DNA of 64,000 bases from Trichormus sp. ATA11-4-KO1 (GCA_019358915.1 JAHHIM010000004.1:32001-96000); one strand, 5' to 3'. Shown: positions 20,668 to 31,964, numbered from the stretch's first letter. The notes: generated by a model from the letters alone, not told the origin. A program made the numbers and translations.

Positions 20668-20891
20668 AGCGCGATCGCTGTATTTTCAGGGATCTGGCCA
20701 GTGTAAAGCATTGCAAATCTTTTGGGACGTAATTCTACAGCTTTCCGATAAACCTCATCTCGATCCTTACTGTGCCACAGTACCTTTCCGCTTTGAATAT
20801 CTAAAGCTTCATTAGTTTGTGGGTCTTCCACTAGTATCCATTCTGATTCAAACTGCTCTTCTATCTGAGCAATGGTCATTATTTTTTCCAT
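20664..20891 (-). CDS. Small protein (DUF5678-like) translationally coupled to the protease
   Basis: EWILV...GKVLWHSKDRDEVY pattern; 4-bp ATGA overlap. Confidence 0.7.
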   Translation of the reverse strand: MEKIMTIAQIEEQFESEWILVEDPQTNEALDIQSGKVLWHSKDRDEVYRKAVELRPKRFAMLYTGQIPENTAIAL

Positions 20892-21218
20892 AACAGTCAC
20901 CTTTTGTGAAACTTATGTAGTTTCACCTCTAATTTTACTGTTAACCAAGGGTAGATATTACTGAAAAGCCGTGTTATCAAACGTGACTCGCATAGTTTGT
21001 CTTTCGTTGGACAATTCTAGAGGAGCGATCGCACTGTATTGTGATCAAATCTGAGGGTTGATTTTTAAGGCGATCGCTTGCTCAAAGCTAACATGGGCAA
21101 AATACTTTAGAAACACTTCCAGTCTATCCTCAGCTTTTCGACAAAGATTATATTATGTACGATGTCCTATAGTGGGCGTAAATTGTGATTGCTTTGAATG
21201 GCAGAAGCAAGCAAGTAA

Positions 21219-21520
21219 ATCAAATTCTAGCAGGAGGAACAGCCATCTCAAATATCTTTGTGTAATCGTAAAAAATGTGTCGATGTAACCTGCTAATTTT
21301 TTCTAAGCTGGTTAACAGCGAAGAAATAAAAAATAAGTCTGTGGTGCTGATTAAGCAAGTCAAGAAAAATGTGTTCTTTAATTTGTCCATTATCAGTTGG
21401 GTTAGGGAATATACTAGAAACCACAGCCCGAGATTGCATGACCTGGGTAAGATGTATTAGGTACTTGCGGAATCTTTCAACAAAGGGCTTTGGCATACTT
21501 TGACCTAAATTTTTAGGCAT
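21219..21520 (-). pseudogene. Probable internally deleted or frameshifted DUF6602-like gene remnant
   Basis: IFPNPTDNGQIKEHIFLDLL resembles the N-terminal motif; a protein-like tail continues in another frame (TDLFFISSLLTSLEKISRLHRHIFYDYTKIF). Confidence 0.35.
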
Positions 21521-21615
21521 AAATTTTTTACATCACATTTCTATAAAAGCATTATATATAGTTTTACGTATATTTACCCTATTTGAGTTTGACATATTAC
21601 AGTATTAAACGACTG

Positions 21616-21996
21616 TTAACGTGTGTATGGTTGTTCTATGACTAGACCTGGAATAACACGGTAATGTTTGACATTAAATGTACAAAGTGTTGCATATCTG
21701 CCAACAGCACAAGCAGCAATCAAGGCATCTAACAAGCCTAAACTATCTGACAAATGGTAGGTTGCAAAGTCTGACAAGGCGCGATTTAAATCAGTCTCAG
21801 TCGGCCAAACTACAGGTAGCGGTGCAACCAGTTTTAAGGCATTACGCAGTTTTTGCTTGTTTTGAGAATCCTGAATTAATTCCATAACCACAAAGCCAGG
21901 TACACTAGGCAAATCTGATAGGCTGGCAAACCAATTTATTGCAGCAGTATGACCTCGTTGAATATCAATCAAAATGTCCGTATCTAGCAAATACAT
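21616..21996 (-). CDS. vapC: PIN-domain VapC toxin
   Basis: YLLDTDILID, MELI, LDALIAA, TFNVKHY. Confidence 0.9.
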   Translation of the reverse strand: MYLLDTDILIDIQRGHTAAINWFASLSDLPSVPGFVVMELIQDSQNKQKLRNALKLVAPLPVVWPTETDLNRALSDFATYHLSDSLGLLDALIAACAVGRYATLCTFNVKHYRVIPGLVIEQPYTR

Positions 21997-22006
21997 TAAA
22001 CTTCAC

Positions 22007-22267
22007 CTATGTTCGCTCACGAGTTTCAGCCTTGTGACGTAACTGACGAGCGTAGGCTTGACTATCTGTAATATCGGGTCTTGAATTGATTAAACCTTCA
22101 TTCTGCCAAAAAGCTACAAGCTCGGCTCCTGTCTTGGGTAGATTTGCGAGAATCTGTCTTACAGAAAGAAGATGAAGAATGTATTCAGAAAGCGTTAAGT
22201 TAAGCTGAGAAGCTTCATTACAAAGCTCTTTTTCTAAATCTGGGGGTAAATCAAGATTAATATTCAC
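22007..22267 (-). CDS. Putative RHH-type antitoxin
   Basis: MNINLDLPPDLEKEL; DSQAYARQLR; directly upstream of the PIN gene. Confidence 0.75.
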   Translation of the reverse strand: MNINLDLPPDLEKELCNEASQLNLTLSEYILHLLSVRQILANLPKTGAELVAFWQNEGLINSRPDITDSQAYARQLRHKAETRERT

Positions 22268-22297
22268 TTTGGCTCTCCTATTTAGCTTTGGTTTTAG

Positions 22298-22705
22298 TTA
22301 TTGATTGGTATGAACTTGGGCAATATCAAGAGAATCAATATCTAAAAGCCAATTTTCATCAACAAATTCCAGATTCTCATCATATACAAGAACTAATTCA
22401 CCCAATTTTTGAGAGTTATTACTTGGCTGATGAGTAATATCAATACCAGCATTTATTAGGGAAAACTTTAGTTGTATAAAGCGTTTTTTATTAGTAACTC
22501 CGATAGAACTGCTGACTAATGAGGTTTCTAGATTACGAGGTAAAGTAATTGTTTCATAATATTCATCTTGCTCATCCCAATAGCCACATACTTTATAATC
22601 ACATAATTCAAGGTGTTCTTTAACAAGAATATCAGGATCTAAAGTTTCTAATATTTCGGTTAAAACTCTCCAGACTTGGTGATTTCTTAGTTCAACTTTT
22701 GTCAT
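22298..22705 (-). CDS. Acidic hypothetical protein, possible immunity/antitoxin
   Basis: Clean ORF with GGAG RBS; C-terminal GELVLVYDENLEFVDENW. Confidence 0.6.
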   Translation of the reverse strand: MTKVELRNHQVWRVLTEILETLDPDILVKEHLELCDYKVCGYWDEQDEYYETITLPRNLETSLVSSSIGVTNKKRFIQLKFSLINAGIDITHQPSNNSQKLGELVLVYDENLEFVDENWLLDIDSLDIAQVHTNQ

Positions 22706-22721
22706 ACATACTTACTCCTGT

Positions 22722-23030
22722 TTAATGTTCTGTTATCCAACCGGGGAAGTGCAACACACCATCAATAAATTTTGCATGAAATCGGCGATTGCCACCTTTA
22801 CCTAATACTTTGGATTTCAACTCATAGTCTTCTTCTTGGGAAGGAACCAGCCCAACATTACCGCGTGTGGGTACTTGTCCCTTCTCAATTGCTTTTAAAT
22901 GCTTGCCATTTTGATCATATTTTATTCCTAACTTTATTTGCTCGCTGGCAAATGAAATTAACAGCCCATTCGTGGCAATATATACAGTATCTGGTTGTAT
23001 ATCAGCCCAACTATTGGGTAAATTTTCCAT
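22722..23030 (-). CDS. Hypothetical protein, possible BECR-fold RNase toxin
   Basis: YELKSKVLGKGGNRRF...F...terminal H pattern. Confidence 0.55.
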   Translation of the reverse strand: MENLPNSWADIQPDTVYIATNGLLISFASEQIKLGIKYDQNGKHLKAIEKGQVPTRGNVGLVPSQEEDYELKSKVLGKGGNRRFHAKFIDGVLHFPGWITEH

Positions 23031-23112
23031 TTTTGATATCTAGTACCAGGATAAACCAGTCTGAAAAAACAATGATTAAAGAGGGTTAGGTTTGCTTGTG
23101 CTGGTAGTTGCT

Positions 23113-23753
23113 TTAGTGTTTCCTACCCCTACCTACCTGAAAAATCTGCTCGGCTGTCAAATTTAAATTTGGGAATGTGGGTAATTGAATGAGTGAGCCG
23201 TGACGAAACTGACTGACTTGATATGATACTCACCTTCAATTAACTCGTAAACAGAGACAGTCGGCTGTTTGGGGTTACCGATTAGCGCTCGACCGCCTAA
23301 GGCGGCGTAATCTACAATCCAGTATTCGGGGATGCTCATCTCCTCATAGTCAGCCAGTTTTTTGTGATAATCATCACGCCAATTAGTGCTGACCACTTCA
23401 ACAATTAACTTCACGCTGGTAGCATTCTCAATGATTGACTCACGCTCCCAACGAGGTTCGCTACCTAAAGCTTGCTGATCTAAAACAATGATATCCGGCT
23501 CATAGCCAGATTTTTCATTGCTGGTCTTGACAATCGATTCTCTGGGAATTGTCCAAATACCACGCTTATTCATCTGGATGATGGTTAGGAGCAATTCTTC
23601 TATCAGGAAACCAGTCACAGTGGAATGCTTTCCCGTCGGTTTTGGCATTTCGACAATCACTCCATCATGCAGTTCATAGCGTACCTCTGAGTTTTCTGGT
23701 AGCCACTCGATAAATTCATCAAAAGTTACTTGTTTGGTTAAGGCTTGAGCCAT
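23113..23753 (-). pseudogene. Uma2-family endonuclease-like gene frameshifted near its 3' end
   Basis: PDIIV, EVVSTNW, YEEMSIPEYWIVD; a 5-bp duplication at 23219-23228 displaces the normal YQVSQFR...PTFPNLNLTAEQIF tail. Confidence 0.8.
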
Positions 23754-23821
23754 AAATTTACACTCGTGCGCTGTAAATTTTTTTTAATTCAAGATTTATC
23801 ATGCTTATTCCTGATCATTAT

Positions 23822-26800
23822 TCACACAACAACCGCCTCTGCCACAGCACCTTGCATTTTAACGAAAGCATCAATTAAACTTTGCAATTGTTGGTCGGCT
23901 TTCAGCACTGCTAAACCCCTTACTGTCACCTTACCAGGAGAATAAACAAAACGCGTTTTGAGATGTTCCGGTAAGTTCGCCGCTAATAAATTCCAAGCAG
24001 GTTCTTCCATTGGCGTTTCTAAAATAATGTGCTGTTTATTTTCTGGTTTAATGCGGCTAAATCCTAATTTTTTCGCTAGTTGTTTGAGTTCCATTACGCG
24101 TAAAAGTTGATTCGCTGGCACGGGTAAAGTACCATAGCGATCGCCCCACTCAGCCGCAATCATTTTTAGTTCTTCTGGAGATTTCGCCGCCGCTACTGCA
24201 CGGTAAGCACTCATCTTTTGATCGACATCGGGAATGTAATCTGCGGGAATAAAGGCTGTGAGGTTGAGGTCAATCTGTGTCTCATCAACTTTGGGTATTT
24301 CTTGACCGCGAATTTCTCGAATCGCCTCTTCCAACATTTCCATATACAAATCAAAGCCGATGGCTTCCATTTGACCGGATTGTTCAGCACCTAGTAAGTT
24401 ACCCACACCCCTAATTTCCATGTCACGCATGGCTAGTTGATAGCCAGAACCAAGCTGGGTGAATTCTTGAATTGCCCGCAGTCTTTGCCGTGCGGCATCC
24501 GATAATGCCCGTTGTTTGGGGTAAAATAACCATGCATGGGCTTGTATCCCTGCACGTCCCACCCTTCCCCTTAATTGGTATAGTTGCGATAAACCAAATC
24601 GATGAGCGTCTTCAATTAAGATGGTGTTGACGCGGGGAATATCTAAACCAGATTCAATAATTGTCGTGCAAACAAGAATATCCGCATCACCATTACTGAA
24701 AGTCAGCATGGTAGATTCTAACTCGCTTTCATCCATTTGACCGTGAGCGATCGCAAATCTTCCCCCCGGGATCATTTCTCGCAAATTGGCTGTGATCTCT
24801 TCAATGCCCTCAACTCGTGGTACTACGTAGAATACTTGTCCCCCCCTGTCTAATTCTTGACGAATGGCACTGCGGACGCTTTCCGGGTTGAGGGGTGCTA
24901 AATGAGTTTTGATTGGTCTTCTGGTAGGCGGTGGTGTGGTAATTAAACTCATTTCCCGAATCCCCGATAAAGACATATATAAGGTACGGGGAATGGGAGT
25001 AGCCGAAAGTGTCAGCACATCAACTTGAGTTTTCAGGCTTTTAATTTTCTCTTTTTGGTTCACCCCAAATCTTTGTTCTTCATCCACCACCAACAGTCCT
25101 AAATCATGGAATATCACACCTTTACCTAAAAGTTGGTGTGTCCCGACAACAATATCTAATTCTCCCGTTGCTAAACGCTTTTGAATATTGCGGCGTTCTT
25201 CCGCACTGCGAAAACGATTAAGTAAGCCGACATTTACCGGGTAAGGGGCAAAGCGTTCTTTGAGGGTGTGGTAATGTTGCTGGGTAAGAATGGTAGTAGG
25301 TGCTAATAGTGCGACTTGTTTACCGGCGGTAACGGCTTTGAAAATGGCGCGAATAGCTACTTCCGTTTTCCCGAAACCCACATCACCACATACTAACCGA
25401 TCCATTGGGCGATCGCTTTCCATGTCCCGTTTGACATCTTGCACTGCTTTTAGCTGGTCTGTTGTCGGTTGGTAGGGGAAAGAATCTTCCATTTCCTCTT
25501 GCCAAGGCATATCTTGAGGATAAGTAAAGCCTTGTTGTTTTGACCTGGCTGCATACAGTTTCAATAAGTCCACCGCTAATTTTTTGATGGCTTTACGGAC
25601 ACGGTTTTTGGTATTGTCCCAAGCCTTACCCGTCATCTTGTGCAGTTCTGGTGCTTTATCTCCTGTGCGGCGAAACCGAGATAAAGAACCTACTTGATCG
25701 GCGGCAACTCTCAAGATACCATCAGCATACTGCACCACTATGTAATCACGGGTTTCGTGATTAATCGTTAAGCTTTCTAGCTTGACAAATTTACCAATCC
25801 CATGACTTCTATGAACCACATAATCACCCTGACGCAGCTTGTTGGGGTCTACTTGCTTGGAACTCGCTTGGCGACGCTTGCGAATGTAGCCTGGTGTCGC
25901 CAAAGAATGCTGTCCATAAAATTCGCGGTCGGTGACGACTACCAACCGATATGTAGGCAGGATAAAACCTTCGAGTTCCGCTAGTCCAGAGTATTTGAGA
26001 GCTACAGGTGTATGGTTAATTTGCAGCTTGTCGATCGCTTGATAGTCGCGGGGATTAGGGATAAACTGAGCCGGACAATCGTGTTCTTGGAGTAGAGAAA
26101 CAGAACGCGAAGGCTGGGCAGAAATTAGCCAAATCGAGAAATTGCGATCGCGCTCTTGTCTCAGTGTTTGTGCTAGTTTACCAAACTGATGTGGTGTCAC
26201 AGGTAACGACCGACTAGCCAGATTTATCCCACTATTTTCTTCCGCCAGTTCTGATAAATATACAGTGGGATATTTATTCACATCCGCCAAACATTCATCA
26301 AAAGACCGATGAATTTTCGGCAATGTCACAGAAGATTCCTCCCCAATCTCTACACTCCATTGTTCCTCAGCATTTTCCACCCAGCGATCGCTATGAGCAT
26401 GACACTGTTCTAGTTCATCAACAGCAATCAAGGTGTTTTCTGGCAAGTAATCTAATAGTGAGGCTGGTTTTTCAAAGGCTAACCCCAAAAACCGACGGCT
26501 ACCTTCTAAAAGTGCTGAGTCCTGAGTGCTGAGTGCTGAGTGCTGAGTGCTGAGTGCTGAGTCCTGAGTCCTGAGTCCTGAGTCCTGAGTGCTGAGTGCT
26601 GAGTCCTGAGTGCTGAGTCCTGAGTGCTGAGTGCTGAGTCCTGAGTTTAAATCAGCAGTGAGGGCTTGAAATTTTTCATTATTTGCCAGTTTTGTTAAGA
26701 CAATAGGCGCAAAACTAGTGGGAGTCAGTATCAGCTGCTCAATTTTGTCAAGGGCAGAACGTTGAGTTGCTGCATCAAATTCACGGATTTTCTCGATTTC

Positions 26801-27421
26801 GTCGCCAAACCACTCCAGTCTGACTGGCATTTCTGAAGAAACAGGGAAAACGTCGACAATATCACCGCGCCGGCTCCATTGTCCCTCTGTTTCCACCAGT
26901 GGCACTCGTTCATACCCCAAAGTGGTGATTTTTTCGCCGAAGCTATCCAAGTCAAATTCCATCCCCCGCTTCAGAGTGAGACAATAAGGCGTAAAGACCT
27001 CTGGTGGTGGTAAATGAGGTTGCAGTGCCCCAGCCGTGGCAACAATTGCTAAGGATTGCTTTGCTCCGGGATGGGAGTTTTCCCCGCTCACCAAATCCGA
27101 CAAAACTTGCATCTGTCCCCAAGTCATTTCAGTTTCGGGGTCAAACGGTTCATAAGGCGATGCTTCGGAGGTGGGGTAAAAATGTACTGTTTGCCATCCC
27201 ATCATTTCTAACTGGGCATAAGCGCGTCCGGCTTCCTCCAAAGTGGCACAGACTACCAACAAATTTCTTCCTGAGTGTTGTGCTAATGCCGAAGTTACCA
27301 GACCTTTGGGTAGCCGAGAGATGCCATTTAACCGCAAATCCTGTTGGCGATTGAGTTTGGAAAGTAATTCAGTGCTGAGAGGCGATCGCGCCAATGCACG
27401 CACAATAGAAGAAAATGCCAT
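23822..27421 (-). CDS. mfd: Transcription-repair coupling factor
   Basis: [10 protein letters not shown], CarD-like [38 protein letters not shown]. Confidence 0.97.
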   Translation of the reverse strand: MAFSSIVRALARSPLSTELLSKLNRQQDLRLNGISRLPKGLVTSALAQHSGRNLLVVCATLEEAGRAYAQLEMMGWQTVHFYPTSEASPYEPFDPETEMTWGQMQVLSDLVSGENSHPGAKQSLAIVATAGALQPHLPPPEVFTPYCLTLKRGMEFDLDSFGEKITTLGYERVPLVETEGQWSRRGDIVDVFPVSSEMPVRLEWFGDEIEKIREFDAATQRSALDKIEQLILTPTSFAPIVLTKLANNEKFQALTADLNSGLSTQHSGLSTQDSALSTQDSGLRTQDSALSTQHSALSTQDSALLEGSRRFLGLAFEKPASLLDYLPENTLIAVDELEQCHAHSDRWVENAEEQWSVEIGEESSVTLPKIHRSFDECLADVNKYPTVYLSELAEENSGINLASRSLPVTPHQFGKLAQTLRQERDRNFSIWLISAQPSRSVSLLQEHDCPAQFIPNPRDYQAIDKLQINHTPVALKYSGLAELEGFILPTYRLVVVTDREFYGQHSLATPGYIRKRRQASSKQVDPNKLRQGDYVVHRSHGIGKFVKLESLTINHETRDYIVVQYADGILRVAADQVGSLSRFRRTGDKAPELHKMTGKAWDNTKNRVRKAIKKLAVDLLKLYAARSKQQGFTYPQDMPWQEEMEDSFPYQPTTDQLKAVQDVKRDMESDRPMDRLVCGDVGFGKTEVAIRAIFKAVTAGKQVALLAPTTILTQQHYHTLKERFAPYPVNVGLLNRFRSAEERRNIQKRLATGELDIVVGTHQLLGKGVIFHDLGLLVVDEEQRFGVNQKEKIKSLKTQVDVLTLSATPIPRTLYMSLSGIREMSLITTPPPTRRPIKTHLAPLNPESVRSAIRQELDRGGQVFYVVPRVEGIEEITANLREMIPGGRFAIAHGQMDESELESTMLTFSNGDADILVCTTIIESGLDIPRVNTILIEDAHRFGLSQLYQLRGRVGRAGIQAHAWLFYPKQRALSDAARQRLRAIQEFTQLGSGYQLAMRDMEIRGVGNLLGAEQSGQMEAIGFDLYMEMLEEAIREIRGQEIPKVDETQIDLNLTAFIPADYIPDVDQKMSAYRAVAAAKSPEELKMIAAEWGDRYGTLPVPANQLLRVMELKQLAKKLGFSRIKPENKQHIILETPMEEPAWNLLAANLPEHLKTRFVYSPGKVTVRGLAVLKADQQLQSLIDAFVKMQGAVAEAVVV
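26511..26646. repeat. 19-unit heptamer array AGT(G/C)CTG inside mfd
   Basis: 133 bp plus AGT; encodes S(G/A)LSTQ(H/D) repeats. Confidence 0.95.
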
Positions 27422-27510
27422 AAGTTTTACTACAGGAGGAAGTCGTTAAAGATAAGAAAATCTAGAGTCAGTGTATGTTCACTATTTTAAAAGTGTTGAG
27501 TAGGGGAATG

Positions 27511-27541
27511 GGGCATTGGGCATTGGGTATTGGGCATTGGG
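27511..27541 (+). repeat. STRR (GGGCATT)x4
   Basis: Tandem heptamers, one variant unit. Confidence 0.85.
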
Positions 27542-27734
27542 AAGAAACTTCCCCTCTGCCTCTTCTCGTCACGCTAATTATTTCTGTGAAAAAATAATAT
27601 CTAACTACTGATTTATATAGACTTAAAAATTAAACTACTCCTTTATGTAAGGTTAAAGCATTTATGCCGGCACCTTTAATACTAGATACTAAGAGTTGAG
27701 CTACGTTCGCTCTGATAAGCGACAATTCTAAAAC

Positions 27735-29054
27735 ATGTTCTCCATCACTTTTGAAGTTTTCATCATCTTGATCTTAGTTATTGCCAACGGTGTATTTTCT
27801 ATGTCTGAGATGGCAGTTGTCTCGGCACGCAAAGTAAGACTACAACAGCTTGCCAATCAAGGGGATGCCAAGGCACAGGCAGCATTGAAACTAGCGGAGT
27901 CTCCAAATCATTTCCTGTCTACAATTCAAATTGGGATTACCCTCATCGGTATCCTTACTGGTGCTTTCGGAGGAGCAACAATTGCCTCGCGATTAGCTGT
28001 CTATGTGCGGTTGATCCCCTTTTTAGCTCCTTATAGCGAACCAATCTCCTTTGGGATAGTGGTTTTGCTCATTACCTATTTGTCGTTAATTGTCGGCGAA
28101 CTGGTGCCGAAACGTTTGGCATTAAATAACCCGGAACGGATTGCATCAATTGTTGCTATTCCCATGCGAGCTTTAGCGGCTCTGGCGGCACCAGTGGTGT
28201 ATCTCTTAAGTGCTTCTACAGATATGATACTGCGAGGATTGGGCATTACACCCTCTATTGAACCGCAAGTTACTGAGGAAGAAATTAAAATTTTAATTGA
28301 ACAAGGTACGGAGGCGGGAACCTTTGAGGAAGCAGAGCAAGATATGGTTGAGCGAGTTTTTCGTTTAGGCGATCGCCCTGTTAGCTACTTGATGACACCC
28401 CGTCCCGATATAGTTTGGCTGGATTTAGAAGACTCTCCCGAAGAAAACCGCCAGAAGATGGTTGAAAGTGCTTATTCCCGGTATCCAGTTTGTCAGGGAG
28501 GACTCGATAATGTATTAGGCGTTATCCCGGTTACCGACTTACTAGCCCGGAGTTTCCGCAATGAACCCCTGGACTTAACAATCGGATTGCGACAGCCCGT
28601 CTTTGTGCCTGAAAGTACCCGTGGTTTAAAAGTTTTGGAGTTGTTCAAGCAAACTATTACTCACATGGCCTTGGTTGTAGATGAATACGGTGTCATTCAA
28701 GGATTAGTCACGCTTAACGACATTATGAGTGAAATCGTTGGTGATGTTCCTGAAGGGCCTGGAGAGGACGAACCACAAGCCGTGCAACGAGAAGATGGTT
28801 CCTGGCTTTTAGATGGGATGTTACCTGTAGAAGAGTTTTATGAACTTTTCGATTTAGAAGAGTGGGAAGTAGAGGAGCGAGGTAGTTATCAAACATTAGG
28901 TGGTTTTGTGATCAACCATCTTGGTCGCATCCCTACAGCAGCCGATCATTTTGAATGGCATGGTATGCGGATTGAAGTGATGGATATGGATGGTAACCGT
29001 GTTGATAAAGTGCTGGTAATACCAATGCTAGATGAGGTCATAGGTGATGGGTGA
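27735..29054 (+). CDS. Hemolysin-family CNNM/CBS/CorC protein
   Basis: FSMSEMAVVS, GELVPK, MTPR, VVDEYG, YQTLGG. Confidence 0.92.
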   Translation: MFSITFEVFIILILVIANGVFSMSEMAVVSARKVRLQQLANQGDAKAQAALKLAESPNHFLSTIQIGITLIGILTGAFGGATIASRLAVYVRLIPFLAPYSEPISFGIVVLLITYLSLIVGELVPKRLALNNPERIASIVAIPMRALAALAAPVVYLLSASTDMILRGLGITPSIEPQVTEEEIKILIEQGTEAGTFEEAEQDMVERVFRLGDRPVSYLMTPRPDIVWLDLEDSPEENRQKMVESAYSRYPVCQGGLDNVLGVIPVTDLLARSFRNEPLDLTIGLRQPVFVPESTRGLKVLELFKQTITHMALVVDEYGVIQGLVTLNDIMSEIVGDVPEGPGEDEPQAVQREDGSWLLDGMLPVEEFYELFDLEEWEVEERGSYQTLGGFVINHLGRIPTAADHFEWHGMRIEVMDMDGNRVDKVLVIPMLDEVIGDG

Positions 29055-29323
29055 CAGGGGACAGGGCAGGGCTGATTCGTTCCCTAAAAGGGTTAAAATT
29101 GCAAGGGCAAATCCACAATTAAGACCGAAAATTTTGGCATCTTCAGTCCGAAATACCTGATTTTTCTTTGCGTCTTTGCGCCTTTGCGTGAGATTATCCT
29201 CTTGACAAATCTCCAACACAAGCGAATGAAACAGCCCTGGGGGACAAGGTGACAAGGTGACAAGAAAAATTATTTCTACCTTTCTACCTTCCTATTTCCC
29301 CATCTCTACCTACGCTCTATTTC

Positions 29324-30505
29324 TTAGGTCTTGGATAAACGTTTAACTTCAGCACCAGCTAACATTTGATGGGCTTTTGCCAACATCTGGGGAATTTTAT
29401 CAGCGTGAGGACTGCTGGCAAGAGCTGGCCGCAGGTCTAGTTCGTCTAGCCGATCTGCTTTATTACCAGGGAACCAGTGACTGCCATTACCTAGCAGGTT
29501 ATAGCGCATTTTGGCATAGTCTACCAAATCGTAGGCGATCGCTAAATTTAATAACCACAAAATCACGGGAATATTTACCTGTCCTGGCGTTTCTTCAAAT
29601 GTGGGTAAGTTAGTTTCCCAAGATTTTACCCAGTCTGCTCCTAAAGTAGCGATCGCTTCTTGTTCTAATCTATGCAAAATTGCTGGTAAGATTTCATCTG
29701 ACTGATTCAGCAATGCTAAAGTTTTTAGGTGTTCATCAAAATCTTCGGGTCTTGCTGCTCCTAAACTCAAGGTATGCACTTCTGGATGACTTAGACAAAA
29801 TAAGTCATTAAACACCATTGGACTCAAGGGAGCGCAAAGATTAACTAATTTTTGCGGTGGTTTATATAGCATCCCTCCTTTATCGGAAGGACTAATAATA
29901 AATACTCCCATATCATGACGGGTAGCTGCTTTAATTGCCTGCCAATTCCATTGATTAATGTAGTACCAATGCAGATTAACGTAATCAAATTGGTTAGTAT
30001 TAATAGCCTGGACAATCAAATCTTTAGATCCGTGGGTAGAAAAGCCAATAAATCTGACTTTTCCCTCTGCTTGTAACTGTTGTGCCACTTCTAAACAGCC
30101 ACCGGGACGCATACTGTAATCTAATGATTCAGCATGATTGATGCCGTGTAAACCCAATAAATCAACATAATCTAGCTGGAGATTTTGCAATGATTGTGTA
30201 AATTTTTGCCGAAATTCCTTCGCATCTGCAACCAATCCAACTTTTGTCTGCACAATTAATTGGTCGCGAGGAAACTGAGGCAATATTCTCCCCAACTGCA
30301 TTTCCGAAGTACCATAACCGCGAGCAGTTTCAATATGATTAATACCCACCTCAACTGCTCGTCGAATAGTTGCTTCCAGATTAGCCTGACTATCCGCAGG
30401 AATTTCCGACTGAGGAACATCTTGCCATTTAAACTGGTATCTCATACCACCGCAGGAAAACACTGGCATCTGTAATTCTGTACGGCCAAATCTTCTATAT
30501 AGCAT
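29324..30505 (-). CDS. Aldo/keto reductase
   Basis: YRRFGRT, IETARGYG, FIGFSTH. Confidence 0.9.
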   Translation of the reverse strand: MLYRRFGRTELQMPVFSCGGMRYQFKWQDVPQSEIPADSQANLEATIRRAVEVGINHIETARGYGTSEMQLGRILPQFPRDQLIVQTKVGLVADAKEFRQKFTQSLQNLQLDYVDLLGLHGINHAESLDYSMRPGGCLEVAQQLQAEGKVRFIGFSTHGSKDLIVQAINTNQFDYVNLHWYYINQWNWQAIKAATRHDMGVFIISPSDKGGMLYKPPQKLVNLCAPLSPMVFNDLFCLSHPEVHTLSLGAARPEDFDEHLKTLALLNQSDEILPAILHRLEQEAIATLGADWVKSWETNLPTFEETPGQVNIPVILWLLNLAIAYDLVDYAKMRYNLLGNGSHWFPGNKADRLDELDLRPALASSPHADKIPQMLAKAHQMLAGAEVKRLSKT

Positions 30506-30634
30506 TAGTGGATTTTGGAGTCACTGCTAATCTCAAATCTACAAAAATTTAGGGATATACCTCTCTGTGTTCTCTGTGCCTCTGTGGTTTAAAAGTAATC
30601 TCTTTAACCGTAACTTAAAAATAGCAGCAATTAT

Positions 30635-31525
30635 TTATTCTTTGTGATGATGAAATCTAATTCCTACAAAAATGTCATAAACAAATTCAAAAAAGTCTTT
30701 TTTTTGTAATAAACCAGAAGTTTGATAACATTCTTTTTCATCTAAAAGTGGCTTCATCACATAATATGCAGGTTGGTAGTTATACCAAGGAATAGAAGGC
30801 CACAAATGATGTATTAAGTGGTAGTTTTGTCCCAAAATCAAAATATTCAGGATTTTACCAGGATAAACGCGGGCATTTTTCCAGCGATCGCTTTCCACAA
30901 AGGGGCGATGGGGTAAATAATCAAAAAATAATCCCAAGGCTATCCCCACCAAGAAGGCTGGAATAAACCAAAAATTGAGAATGTAACCCAAAAAATGATA
31001 TTGAATTGAAATATAAAAAATTGCCCCGACAATTAAGCGGCTGATGAACCATTCTAACAGTTCATATTTGCGCCACAGTTGCCGTTGAAAGAAAAATACT
31101 TCGTGGTACAAAAACCTTACTGCAATTAACCATAACGGCCCCCCGGTAGAAACATAATGATCTGGGTCATCTTTAGGATGATTTACATGGGCATGATGCT
31201 GTAAATGCACCCGTGTAAAGACTGGAAAGGCAAAAGCTAATATTAGGGCGCTACCATGACCTAACATGGCATTAATTACTCGGTTGCGATGGGCTGATTG
31301 GTGACAGGCATCGTGAATTACTGTGCCAGCGCAATGTAAGGCTAGAGTATTAATGCTAAAGCACAGCCAATCTGGCCATTGCCAAAGCCAGTAACCAAAG
31401 TTAGATAACACCAGCATTGCTACCGTTGCCAAAAACAGCAGCAGTGTGGGATTGAAATCACCAGGAGGCGCTAAAAATTCCTTAGGTGGGACTTTCAGTG
31501 ACTTCTGTGCCTCCAATGTGAGCAT
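30635..31525 (-). CDS. crtR: Beta-carotene hydroxylase
   Basis: His boxes HDACH, HLQHH, HLIHH; cyanobacterial CrtR-like sequence. Confidence 0.92.
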   Translation of the reverse strand: MLTLEAQKSLKVPPKEFLAPPGDFNPTLLLFLATVAMLVLSNFGYWLWQWPDWLCFSINTLALHCAGTVIHDACHQSAHRNRVINAMLGHGSALILAFAFPVFTRVHLQHHAHVNHPKDDPDHYVSTGGPLWLIAVRFLYHEVFFFQRQLWRKYELLEWFISRLIVGAIFYISIQYHFLGYILNFWFIPAFLVGIALGLFFDYLPHRPFVESDRWKNARVYPGKILNILILGQNYHLIHHLWPSIPWYNYQPAYYVMKPLLDEKECYQTSGLLQKKDFFEFVYDIFVGIRFHHHKE

Positions 31526-31964
31526 TCGTAACTCCTTTCTGATTCAAACATTACGAATATACGACAAAGATGAGGAAATAATAAACTTTTGTAAGCTTTT
31601 GTTTAGCAAGATTTATCTTCATCTTTGCTGATTAGTAGATGAATAGCGCTATGATTCCAGACGAGAGCTAAGTTTTTGCTGACTCAGTAGGGTATGCCAG
31701 CCAATTACCAAAGAGTTGATTTAAAAAAATCTCTCTTCGGAAGGATGGAACCAAGATTGGTGTACGATATCTACTCTATCCCACAACTCTCAGGGAGTGA
31801 TGCGGAAGAGAGAATAAATAATTTCTCCTTTCAGATCAAAGTTACTCCCACAGCCCTATTCGTCTTCTGCCTCTCTTGTCATGGATATAGCAGTGACTGA
31901 AACCGCAATGCCCCTTAATTTACTATGACTCTCTAGACAGAGATAGCCCACTAGAATCAGCCCT

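Noticed and set aside
31694..31900. 68-aa ORF between crtR and pyk
   Set aside because: No recognisable motif; lies in a divergent promoter region.
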